Part shown: one piece after another, positions 1 through 9,272 of the stretch
Numbering within the stretch: the first letter of the stretch is position 1
Layout: each line of letters begins with the position of its first letter
Translations under genes and position numbers: made by a program
The notes under the pieces: generated by a model
What the model saw: only the letters and a program-made list of their open reading frames with translations
The model's database searches: none
Told to the model about the DNA's origin: nothing
Source: Methanomassiliicoccaceae archaeon
GTDB lineage: Archaea; Thermoplasmatota; Thermoplasmata; Methanomassiliicoccales; Methanomassiliicoccaceae
Direction of reading: 5' to 3'
Assembly: GCA_963728405.1 (NCBI GenBank)
Contig: CAVSJV010000005.1
Coordinates: 320,001 to 384,000, forward strand
DNA: 64,000 nt

Positions 1-988
1 CCGACGCCTCGGGGCAGAACCGTCTCGATGAGCAAAATGCCCGAACGCATCGTTTCCTGCTCGCCGGCCATTAGTGAGATCGTCTGCTCGCTCGGCCTCG
101 GGGACAAGCTGGTAGCGGTGACGTCCTATGACGACTATCCGGCGGAAGCGAGCGCCCTGGTGGCGGAGAACCACACCATCGGCGGGTTCTACACTCCTAA
201 CTTCGAAAGCATCATCTCCTACGCTCCAGACCTCGTGCTGGTGAACTCCGGAGTGCCGTCGCACCAGAGCTTGGCCCAGCAGCTGAAGGATGCCGGGTAC
301 ACCGTCATGCAGCTGTACGCCCAGGCTAACCTGGAAGAGGTCTACAAGAGCATCGAGCTGGTCGGCGAGATCTCCGGTAAGAAGGCCAAGGCCACCGAGG
401 TCATCACCGACATGGAGAACAGGATCTCTGACATAGGTGACAAGGTCGCCTCTGACGCCTACAAGCCCAGCGTCATGTACGTCTCGTACGCCGAGTCCGG
501 GTTCACCAACGTGTGGCCGTCCGGGGCCGGCACCGCGGTCGACCAGATCATCTCCCTTGCCGGCGGGACGAACGTCTTCGCCGACCAGAACGGATGGATC
601 AACCCCTCGAACGAAGTGTTCATCGACCGGGCGGCGTCGGTCGACTGCCTGATCATCACCAGCATGTACTCCGGCAGCGACGCTGAGAACATGACCGCGT
701 TCTTTAAGGCCGACCCCATCTGGAAGAATAGTCCGGCGGTAATCAATAATACGATATATTACCTCCAGGGGCAGGGCGAGAGCATCTTCAACCGGCAGAC
801 GGTTAGGATGGTCGACGCGGTCCAGTTGATGGCCGAGATCCTGCATCCGACCATCTTCAACTCCACGATCCCTCATGATCCCAGCGGGGTCAACGCTGAT
901 CGGGGACGAGTACGCGAACTACATCTCCTCGGGGACCTCGTCGCAATCCTCCTCCATGGCAATAGTAGCGACATGCTCGCGCGATTAG
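1..988 (+). CDS. btuF: Cobalamin/iron ABC transporter substrate-binding protein (BtuF-like), 5' truncated by the window, frameshifted
   Basis: PERIVSCSPAISEIVCSLGLGDKLVAVT and PNFESIISYAPDLVL are periplasmic binding protein 2 motifs. Frameshifts near 18 and near 895; the alternate frame reads LIGDEYANYISSG...SRD to TAG at 986-988. First gene of a corrinoid operon. Confidence 0.8.
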
Positions 989-2055
989 GTGTCTGGGGAA
1001 AACTCAATGGAAGGCTCGATGGTCAGAAGGACACAGGCCAAGCTGCTCCTAGTCCTAGCCATCGGCCTCTTTTCTCTTTTCTTATTGCTCGTGATCTCCT
1101 GGTCGGTCGGTGCGGTGGATATCGATTTCCCATCCGTGCTCGGGCACCTCGGCCATATCATCATCAACCTTGGACCGACCCCCTCCAACCCGCAGGAACA
1201 GATCATCTGGTCCCGCATGGTGCGATCGGTGGCGGTCATCGGCGTAGGTATCGGGCTCTCGGTCTCTGGAGTGGTCATGCAGGCCCTGATCCGGAACCCG
1301 CTCGTAGATCCATACGTGACCGGGGTGTCCTCGGGCGCCGCCTTGGGGGCCATATTGTCCATACTGGCCGGGGTGACGCTTGTGAACGCTGGCCAATTTC
1401 ACCACCCCCCTTGCGGCGTTCGTGGGAGCGATCGCTGCCTTCTTCCTCACCATGACATTGGCGGAGGCGGCGGGGGGCCGCTCCATCAACTTCGTCCTCA
1501 GCGGCATTATCATAGGCATCGCCATCTCTTCGCTCACCACTATCCTCATCGTATCCAGCCAGGACGCCCAGCTGCATGGCGCGTTGTCCTGGCTGTTCGG
1601 CTCGTTCGCCTTCATTTCCTGGAATGAGGCTCTGCTCATCATCATCCCGGTCCTATTGCTCTCGGTCATCATCCTGATGTACGCCCGGGAGCTCAATGTC
1701 ATATTGCTTGGCGACGAGCATGCCCGGCACCTCGGCCTTGAGGTCAGGGCGTTCAAGCGGATGACCGTGCTGATCGTCTCGGTCCTCACCGCCGTCTCGG
1801 TGGCGTTCTGCGGTATCATCGCCTTCCTCGGCCTTATCGTCCCGCACACCGCCCGTATGCTCGTGGGTGGGGATCATCGACTGCTCATCCCGGCATCGAT
1901 GGTGCTGGGGGCGAACTGTCCTACTGGCAGCGGACATATTTTCCCGACTGGCAGTGCGTCCGAACGAGCTCCCCATCGGTGCGGTCATCTCGCTCATCGG
2001 CGCACCGTTCTTCATCTATCTCATGATCAGAAGGGGGAAGGAATATGCCGGATGA
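989..2055 (+). CDS. btuC: FecCD/BtuC-family ABC permease, split by 2 frameshifts
   Basis: ORFs 989-1627, 1422-2117 and 1867-2055 join into one permease with QALIRNPLVDPYVTGVSSGA, GIIAFLGLIVPHTARML and ELPIGAVISLIGAPFFIYL. Confidence 0.85.
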
Positions 2056-2852
2056 ACCTCAGGTATCCATCAGCATCGAGGGCGTCCAGTTCGGCTATAA
2101 TGGCACTGACGTCCTGAAGAAACGTTGAGTTCGTAGGCAGGCCGGGAGAGTTCATCGGTCTCATCGGTCCGAACGGCTCAGGGAAGAGCACGCTCCTGCG
2201 CCTCATCAATGGCCTGCTCAAGCCGAAGATGGGCACCATCATGATGGAAGGCAAGGACCTCGACAAGATGAAGGTCGAGGAGATCGCCAAGGTTTGCGCC
2301 AACGTCCCTACCGAGTTCACCGAGGACTTCAACATGTCCGTCCAGGAGCTTATTTTCCTCGGGAGGTACCCCTTCGCCAAGGGATTGTGGTGGGACAATA
2401 AGGAGGACGAGGGCCTGGTGGTGGAGGCAATGAAGAAGTTCGGCGTCTACTCTCTTAAGGACCGCCGGTTCTCCGAGCTGTCGTCCGGCGAGGCTCAACG
2501 GGTGCTGCTGGCCAAGGCTGTGGTGCAATGTCCTCGAGTGATGCTGGTCGATGAGCCCTCGGCGCACCTGGACCTCAAATATAAACTGGAGGTCATGGAG
2601 CACCTCAGGGATCTGCTCAGCGGTAATGTCACCATCATCATCGCATCGCATGATGTGAACCTTCTGGCCAAGTACTGCGACAAGGTCATGATCCTCTCCA
2701 AGGGTAAGATCGTCGCTTTCGGCCGTCCGGCGGAAGTGATCACCTCGGAGATGGTCGAGCAGGTGTACGGCGTGGAGGTCGTGATCCTAAAGGACGGGGA
2801 CGATATCTATGCCATTCCTAAACGGACGAGAAGGAAGGAGGCTGGAGCATGA
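2045..2852 (+). CDS. btuD: BtuD/FepC-family ABC ATPase, frameshift near 2120
   Basis: ATG at 2045 (MPDEPQVSISIEGVQFGY). Walker A GPNGSGKSTL, signature LSSGEAQRV, Walker B MLVDEPSAHLD. Confidence 0.85.
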
Positions 2853-3977
2853 GCATGGAGCAGAGGGTTCGTCCCGAGGTGTTGAACATGGCCAGGCCGC
2901 GGCACGGTGGGGACGTGTGGAGCTACGGCAAGGTACGGGACTACAGCTCCAACGTCAACCCTCTCGGAGCTCCCGAGCGGTTGACCGAATATATCGCCGA
3001 GGCGGCCCAGGACCTGACCGATTACCCTGACGACTCATGCGCCGAGCTCAAGGGGGCCATAGCTCTACGCTATTCCGTTCCGGTGGACAACATCATGGTG
3101 GGGGCCGGTTCGGCCGAGCTGATCCGTCTATTCCCCGAAGTGTTCGTCCGCGCGGGCGATAAGGTGATAATGCCCCGGCCGACCTTCTCCGAGTACGGGT
3201 TCGGCTGTCGGCTCATGGGGGCGGACATCATCGATCTCGCCCTCCCCGAGGAGAACGGCTTCCAGATGGACGTAGGGAGCATGGTCAACGCCATCGTTCC
3301 CGGCACCAAGGTCGTTTACGTTTGCAATCCCAACAACCCCACCGCCCGGATGATCTCCCGTAAGGAGGTCATGGAGCTAGTGACCGAGGCCAGTCGCCGG
3401 AACGCCATGGTCTTCCTGGACGAAACGCTGCTGGAGCTGTCCGAGCGGGACCAGGACCTCACCTGCATGGCCGAGGTGGAAGGCCATGACAACATCTTCC
3501 TCATCCGCTCGTTCACCAAATCCTTCGCCATGCCCGGGCTGCGTATCGGCTATGGGTTCGGCAGCAAGGAGATGGTCCGCTACATGGAGGTGGCCCGGCT
3601 GTCCTGGAACCTCGGGACCATCGAGCAGCGCGTTGCAACAAGGCTCATGTCCGAGGAGCAGGAGCACAGTTCGAAAGGCGGTGCGCACACTCGTGGACGA
3701 AAAGCAACGGATGCATGCGGAGGTCTCGCGCATCCTGCCATACCGCATCCCTGTTCCGGACTCGTACTTCTTCTTCAGCCCCGTCCATCCGCTGGGGGTG
3801 ACGTCCACGGAGTTCCGCTCCCGGATGCTCCAGAACAACGTGCTGGTCCGGGACTGTTCCTCTTTCGGTGGGCCATGCGGCCGCTACTCTCGGTTCTGCG
3901 TGAAGACCAAAGAGAAGGACGATGAGTTCCTGCAAGCGTTGCGGAACACGGTCGAGGGCATCGAGGCCGGAAGGTGA
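2849..3977 (+). CDS. cobD: L-threonine-O-3-phosphate decarboxylase (PLP class I/II), frameshift near 3670
   Basis: HGG...DYSSNVNPLG, CNPNNPT, RSFTKSFAMPGLRIGY. The C-terminus LVRDCSSFGG lies in ORF 3486-3977. Located in the cob operon. Confidence 0.8.
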
Positions 3978-3981
3978 GCAT

Positions 3982-4977
3982 GTGGAACTCTGGCTCTATG
4001 CGATCTTCATCCCAGTGGCGGCTTTGGCCATTGACCTGGTGCTGGGGGAGCCGCCCAACCGGTTCCATCCGGTGGTGTGGATGGGGCTGCTCATCGGGTC
4101 CTTGGACCGAGCGGTGAAGAGGGAGAGCCCTCGCCGTCCCCACAAAGAGAAGGCCCTTGGAGTACTGGTGGGCCTGATCCCCATCATCTTTTTCGTTGTT
4201 ACTTTCACCCTGCTCTTAGCGCTATTGCGGGAGTGGCTCGGCATGATCGTGTGGGCCGTGGGTTGCGCGGTGCTGTTCAAGACGCTGTTCGCCATCCGGG
4301 CGCTGGAAACGCACACCGCCCCGATGATCGATGATCTCAAGAACAATGATCTAGATGCCGCCAGGAGGAAGGCATCGATGGTCGTGTCGAGGGACGTCAG
4401 CAAGCTGGACAAGGCGCACATAACCTCCTGCGCAGTGGAGACCATATCGGAGAACCTGGTCGATTCCGTTCTTTCTCCCATGTTCTATTTCGGGCTCGCC
4501 GGCATCCCGGGAGCTACGTTCCTGAGGGTCTCCAACACCGAGGACGGTATGGTCGGCTACCTTAGCGAGAAGCACCGTAACGTCGGATGGTTCTCCGCCC
4601 GCCTGGACGACTGCATGCACTATGTGGTAGCGCGTCTATCCCTTCCGTTCATCATGCTCGCCTTGGCCATCCTGGGCAAGGATTGGAAGAACGCCTGGCG
4701 CACGGCCCTGCGGGACCGGAAGCAGACCTCCTCGCCGAACAAGGGTTGGCCCATGGCCGCGGTGGCCGGGGGCCTGCACGTCAAGTTCGAGAAGATCGGC
4801 TATTACTCCATGGGCGACGGGGATGTACCCACCAACCCGGACACGATCCGCGATACCCTGCGGGTGATGAAACTGACCGCCGGACTGTTCTTCGTCCTGG
4901 TCCTGCTTCCTTTATTTGTGTTCATGGGCATACATGTCCAGCTATTCCTGGAGAACGCGCTGCTGGGTCTGATCTGA
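3982..4977 (+). CDS. cbiB: Adenosylcobinamide-phosphate synthase
   Basis: GEPPNRFHPVVWMG, VETISENLVDSVLSPMFY, SPNKGWPMAAVAGGL. GTG start at 3982. Confidence 0.9.
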   Translation: MELWLYAIFIPVAALAIDLVLGEPPNRFHPVVWMGLLIGSLDRAVKRESPRRPHKEKALGVLVGLIPIIFFVVTFTLLLALLREWLGMIVWAVGCAVLFKTLFAIRALETHTAPMIDDLKNNDLDAARRKASMVVSRDVSKLDKAHITSCAVETISENLVDSVLSPMFYFGLAGIPGATFLRVSNTEDGMVGYLSEKHRNVGWFSARLDDCMHYVVARLSLPFIMLALAILGKDWKNAWRTALRDRKQTSSPNKGWPMAAVAGGLHVKFEKIGYYSMGDGDVPTNPDTIRDTLRVMKLTAGLFFVLVLLPLFVFMGIHVQLFLENALLGLI

Positions 4978-4980
4978 GGT

Positions 4981-6130
4981 GTGATGATGGAGTTCGATGT
5001 CAAGGTCGAGATGGGAGAATATCTAGGAAAGCCGGTGGCCATGGTGCGCCTGCCCGGGCGGTACCGGGTCCTGAGCTCGACCATCATGGGCGGCGGGTTC
5101 GTGGAGACCGACACGATCTTCATCCTGGAGGTCAAACTTGGTTATGATAACTGCCGACCGGAGGAGGACCTCGAGAAGGTGGTCCAGATGTACGGTCTAC
5201 CGGCGGACAGCGTGGGATTCATGACCGCTGCCGACGTCAAGCGGGTGCTCACGGTAAAGAGGGACGAGCTGAACGGCAAACGGGTCATCGTCATCGTCAC
5301 CGCCGGCGTCACCAACGCCGTTTTTGCCGGGGAGCGGCTTCCCCAGGAGCTTATCGACCTGTTGCCCAAGCATGTGGCGGGGACCATCAACATAGTGGCC
5401 GTGCTCGACGCGCCATTGCAGGACTGCGGACTGGCTGGCGGCATAATAGCCATGACCGAGGCCAAGAGCGCCTCCCTCATGGACATGGGCATCAAGGGCA
5501 CGGGGACGACCAGCGATGCGGTGGCCATCGCCTGCCCGGTGGGCAATGGGGACAAGTACTGCGGTCCGGCGACGGATGCGGGAATGGTCATGGCCCGGAC
5601 CGTCCGCGAGGCGGTCAGTGAATCGATCCGCAAGTGGAATGGCAACTGCAAGAATGCCCGCGACTTCATCTACCGCCTGGACGAGCTGGGCATAGGGTTG
5701 GAGGAGATGTGGGGGGCGGCTTTAGGCCTATACTGTCCCGGACCCCACCTGGGACACCGAGATGATCAAGGCCCGGTTCATGAAGCACCTCAGCGTGCTG
5801 AGGAAGGACATCAACGTCAACGCCATGATGTACGCGGCCATCAACATGGAGGACATGGGGAACCGCGACGAAATGTTCGGCCTGGACCACGGCAGGTTCC
5901 ACCAGGACCCCGTGCACCTGGTGGCCGACGAGCTGCTGGGTATCGCGCTGGCCGAGTATATCGCCGGTACAAAGGGCTTGTTCGAGTACGTGCGCTATGA
6001 CAAGAAGAAGCCCGGCATCTTGGGAACGCTGGGGCCGTTCCTTGATGATATCGTCGCCTCCCTGATCGGATCGGTCATGTCGAGGATATACACCGAACTG
6101 CTGGAGAGTGAGGATAAATTAGGCTCCTGA
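4981..6130 (+). CDS. cbiZ: Fusion of adenosylcobinamide amidohydrolase (CbiZ) and alpha-ribazole-phosphate phosphatase (CobZ), CbiS-like; frameshift near 5740
   Basis: N-terminal CbiZ motifs VGFMTAA, VTAGVTNA, GTINI, TEAK, TGTTSD. C-terminal CobZ motifs DPVHLVADELLGIALAEYIAGTKGLFEYVRYDKKKPGIL and GPFLDD. Confidence 0.85.
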
Positions 6131-6903
6131 GGGCGATCAAGACCCAGTTCTCGCTGTTCACGATCGTACCGGCCGATGTGTCCGGAGAGGACGTCGACGA
6201 TCTGTCGAAGAACTTTTGGCTGGTGCCGATCGTCGGCCTGTTCTACGGCCTGGTGGCCGGATCCCTATTCTACGTTTCTGACAAGAAACGTTCAACGGTT
6301 TGGTCTCGGCCATCATCGTCATACTGGTCGTACACATCCTGAACCGCTTCCTGCACTTCGACGGCCTTATCGACCTTGGCGATGGATTGGTGGCTACTGG
6401 GACTCCGGAAAAGAAGCTGGCGGCGATGAAGGATACGCGGGTTGGGGCCGGAGGGGTCAGCTATGGCATCCTTTTCAGCCTGCTCATCATCGCCTCTCTG
6501 GCCTCGCTTCCGAGCTATCTGTTCTTTATACCTGTGGCCATGGAGGTCCTGGCCAAGAACTCCCTGCTGACGGTGGCCGCGTTCGGCAAGGAACGGGAAG
6601 GGCTGGGTAGTCCGTTCGTAAAGAGCACCGAGCCCTCTTCAGCCGTCGCCTCGGCCCTGCTCTCGTTCGCTCTCCTGCTTCCATTCGCCCTGGTGACGGT
6701 CAACCTAGGCAGTATCGATGGGGCCAAGTTGCTCGTTGTCATCATCGCCATGCTCATGGCCAGCGTCGCTCGTGGGTTGGCTCATGTCAAAGGTGGCCCA
6801 TCGCAACTTCGGTTGCGTCAACGGCGATGTGATGGGCGCCACCAACGAGCTGGCCAAGGCTGCGGTCCTGCTGACCGCGCTGGCGGTGCTGGCTTGGATC
6901 TAG
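6108..6903 (+). CDS. cobS: Cobalamin-5'-phosphate synthase, frameshifted; start approximate
   Basis: FSLFTIVP...VPIVGLFYG in one frame, LHFDGLIDLGDG and AMKDTRVGAGG in ORF 6300, NFGCVNGDVMGATNEL in ORF 6718-6903. Confidence 0.85.
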
Positions 6904-7520
6904 TCGATGCCTTGGTAACCGCCGGGGGGAAGGGGACCAGGATGAGGGACGTGGAGGGTGAGAAACCCCTGCAACCCATACTGGGAAGGCCGATGATCGA
7001 CTGGGTGCTGGATGCTCTCAGATCCTCGGAACGGACCGGTCGGATATGCGTCTCCGTGAGCGACAACGCGCCCCGGACCAGGGAGTATCTGGCGCAAAAA
7101 GGCATCAGGGTCGTGGAGACCTCCGGTACCGGCTACGTCCCCGACCTGAACCAGGCCTTGGGTCATCTCCAGGCCCATGATGTTCTGATCTGCCCCGCCG
7201 ACATGCCGCTCATCACCGGCCAGGGGATCGATGCGGTCCTCTCATCCTACCGAAACTACGATGCTGCCTCCCTTTCGGTGGCGGTCCCTTCGAGCATAGT
7301 GCGGTCTCTGGGTGCGGTGCCTTCCTTCACCCTCGAGGTGGAAGGTCGTGAGGTCGTGCTGTGCGGTGTTAGTGTTGTTGACCGCGAACAGATGCTCACC
7401 GAGAAGATGCTCAGCCAGGGTTACATGATCACGGAGAACGAACAGTTCGCTCTGAACGTGAACGCCCGCGAGGACCTGAAACGTGCGGAGCAGATCCTGA
7501 GTCGCCGCTCGATGCTTTGA
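6894..7520 (+). CDS. cobY: GTP:adenosylcobinamide-phosphate guanylyltransferase (archaeal)
   Basis: ALVTAGGKGTRM...EKPL, GYVPDL, PADMPLI, NVN. NTP-transferase fold, last gene of the cob operon, TTG start at 6894. Confidence 0.85.
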   Translation: MDLVDALVTAGGKGTRMRDVEGEKPLQPILGRPMIDWVLDALRSSERTGRICVSVSDNAPRTREYLAQKGIRVVETSGTGYVPDLNQALGHLQAHDVLICPADMPLITGQGIDAVLSSYRNYDAASLSVAVPSSIVRSLGAVPSFTLEVEGREVVLCGVSVVDREQMLTEKMLSQGYMITENEQFALNVNAREDLKRAEQILSRRSML

Positions 7521-7561
7521 ACTGAACGAGTTCGGTCCATGCTAAATTGGAGTCGATGGTT

Positions 7562-8320
7562 CTATCGTTTCGCGCACAGCACCGAGGGGAACAATCGGGA
7601 AACATCCTCCTTGAAACGGACACCTAGGGACCTATGCCCGTAGTGCTCATGGTGGCCTCTGTTGAGAGCTTGATGTCCTCCTCAAAGATATTCCTCTGTT
7701 GTTCTGCGAGCTCTTTGTCGTAGATGGCCGCATCGGTCTCGAAATTCAGGCGGAAGCTGCGGATATCTCAATTGGCCGTACCTATGGAGGAGACGAGGTC
7801 ATCGACCGTCGCCGTCTTGGCATGGATGAGGCCATTGTCGTAGGTGTAGGTCCGGACCCTCGCATCGAGCAGGTCGGCGATATAGGAATAACTGGCCCAG
7901 TACACGAAGGGATGATCGGGCATACGGGGGAACATGATGCGAACGTCGACCCCCGACAAGGCGGCGACGCGAAGAGCGTCCTGGACGCTCTGGTCCGGGA
8001 TAAAATATGGCGTTTGCAGGAAGATGTGCCCCTTGGCGATGCCGATGAGCTTCAGTAGTCCTCCTTGATGGGGGTCCATCTGTGGTCCGGTCCGCCGCTG
8101 ACAACGTGGATCGTGGACCTGCCGTGGCCTGGAATGCCGAGAAAGTATGCGCCGTCATGAGGGATATTTTCCTTGGTGGCGGAGTTCCAATCCTGGAGGA
8201 AGCGGAACTGCAGTGCCTTGACCCCTGGCCCTTTGATCCCTACTGCGATCGCGCCAGAAGCCCGGGGGCCCTTTCCCCAGATATTCGTCTCCGATGTTGA
8301 AACCGCCAAGGAAGCACGAG
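7562..8320 (-). pseudogene. cls: Cardiolipin synthase (phospholipase D) C-terminal remnant
   Basis: FLQDWN, VVSGGPD, IFLQTPYFIPD, HKD motif HAKTATVDD, then GTAN*DIRSFRLNFE with an in-frame TGA. Also frameshifted and missing the N-terminal half. Confidence 0.75.
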
Positions 8321-8450
8321 CTGTTTCAGGTCGATGGCCATGACGGCTAACTAGTAATTATTACCAATGGCATGGTAAAAAAACTGGCGGTCCCCGGGGA
8401 TGGCAGTATCGAAGGAAACAAATACCCTGAGACGTCAATGAAAATGGTAG

Positions 8451-9272
8451 ATGAAGCCTGGATTGAGGGTCATGCGTACCATTACCACGGTCTGGACCCT
8501 TCTAATCTTTGTCCTGATCGGACTAATGCTCCTCCCCGTCGTTCCAGGCGTGGTCCAGGTGAGTCTCCCCCCATCGGAAAGTTGGGTCACCTCTATTGAC
8601 AACCAGACGGTCACGATGACCAATAATGTGAGCATCCGCAACGGCGGCCTCTATCCGTTCTCCGACCTATTCTTCGTCGTCGATCTCTACGGCGACAATG
8701 GCTCCACCTTGGCTAAGTTCAGCTCCGCCCCGACCAATCTGCCCTCGAATACTTGGGTCCAGATCCCCCTCACCTTCGAGATCAACCGGTCGAACATCGA
8801 GAACAACAGACTGCGCGACATACTTTTCGAAAAGGTGACCTTCGGCGGCCTGATCTACTTCAATGCGAAGTACCTGCTCGATTTCCGAGCCCAGCTGGGC
8901 GTCAACGGCTCCATTGCCCTGGGTCCGGTCATCAAACCGGCGAGCTTTGACATCAATAGGACTACCATGTCCCTGGTCGGGGACAATGCCACCCTGACCC
9001 TACCTTCATCGATCAACTCTACCCTTCTGGGAAGCCATAACCTGAGCATCTCTGGCACCATAAGCAATGATACTCAAGAACTCGGGGCTTTCAATCAGAG
9101 CTACGTTCCGGGGCAGGCCCAGAACAATTTGACGGTTAATCTCTCCAGAGCAGCCTATGATCACTTGACCACATCCAGTGATCATCTGATAATAAATGCG
9201 ACCGTGACCCTGGATACCTTTGTCTGGACCTACCAGACCGAGCGTGACTGGCAACCGCCCACGGCCAGGTGA
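8451..9272 (+). CDS. Hypothetical membrane-anchored protein with beta-rich (LEA_2/Ig-like) extracellular part
   Basis: One N-terminal TM segment, many NxS/T sequons, pattern SIRNGGLYPFSDL...NLPSNTWVQIPLTF. Overlaps the next gene by GTGA. Confidence 0.7.
   Translation: MKPGLRVMRTITTVWTLLIFVLIGLMLLPVVPGVVQVSLPPSESWVTSIDNQTVTMTNNVSIRNGGLYPFSDLFFVVDLYGDNGSTLAKFSSAPTNLPSNTWVQIPLTFEINRSNIENNRLRDILFEKVTFGGLIYFNAKYLLDFRAQLGVNGSIALGPVIKPASFDINRTTMSLVGDNATLTLPSSINSTLLGSHNLSISGTISNDTQELGAFNQSYVPGQAQNNLTVNLSRAAYDHLTTSSDHLIINATVTLDTFVWTYQTERDWQPPTAR

Noticed and set aside
28-1455. Apparent long fusions in the ORF track (BtuF with a long tail, CobS-CobY in ORF 6300-7520)
   Set aside because: Produced by single-base frameshifts running into neighbouring frames. 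The true C-termini are visible in alternate frames.
7768-7770. In-frame TGA in the cls fragment as possible Sec/Trp recoding
   Set aside because: TGA is the commonest normal stop in this window and the gene is otherwise truncated. A simple TGG>TGA nonsense change suffices.
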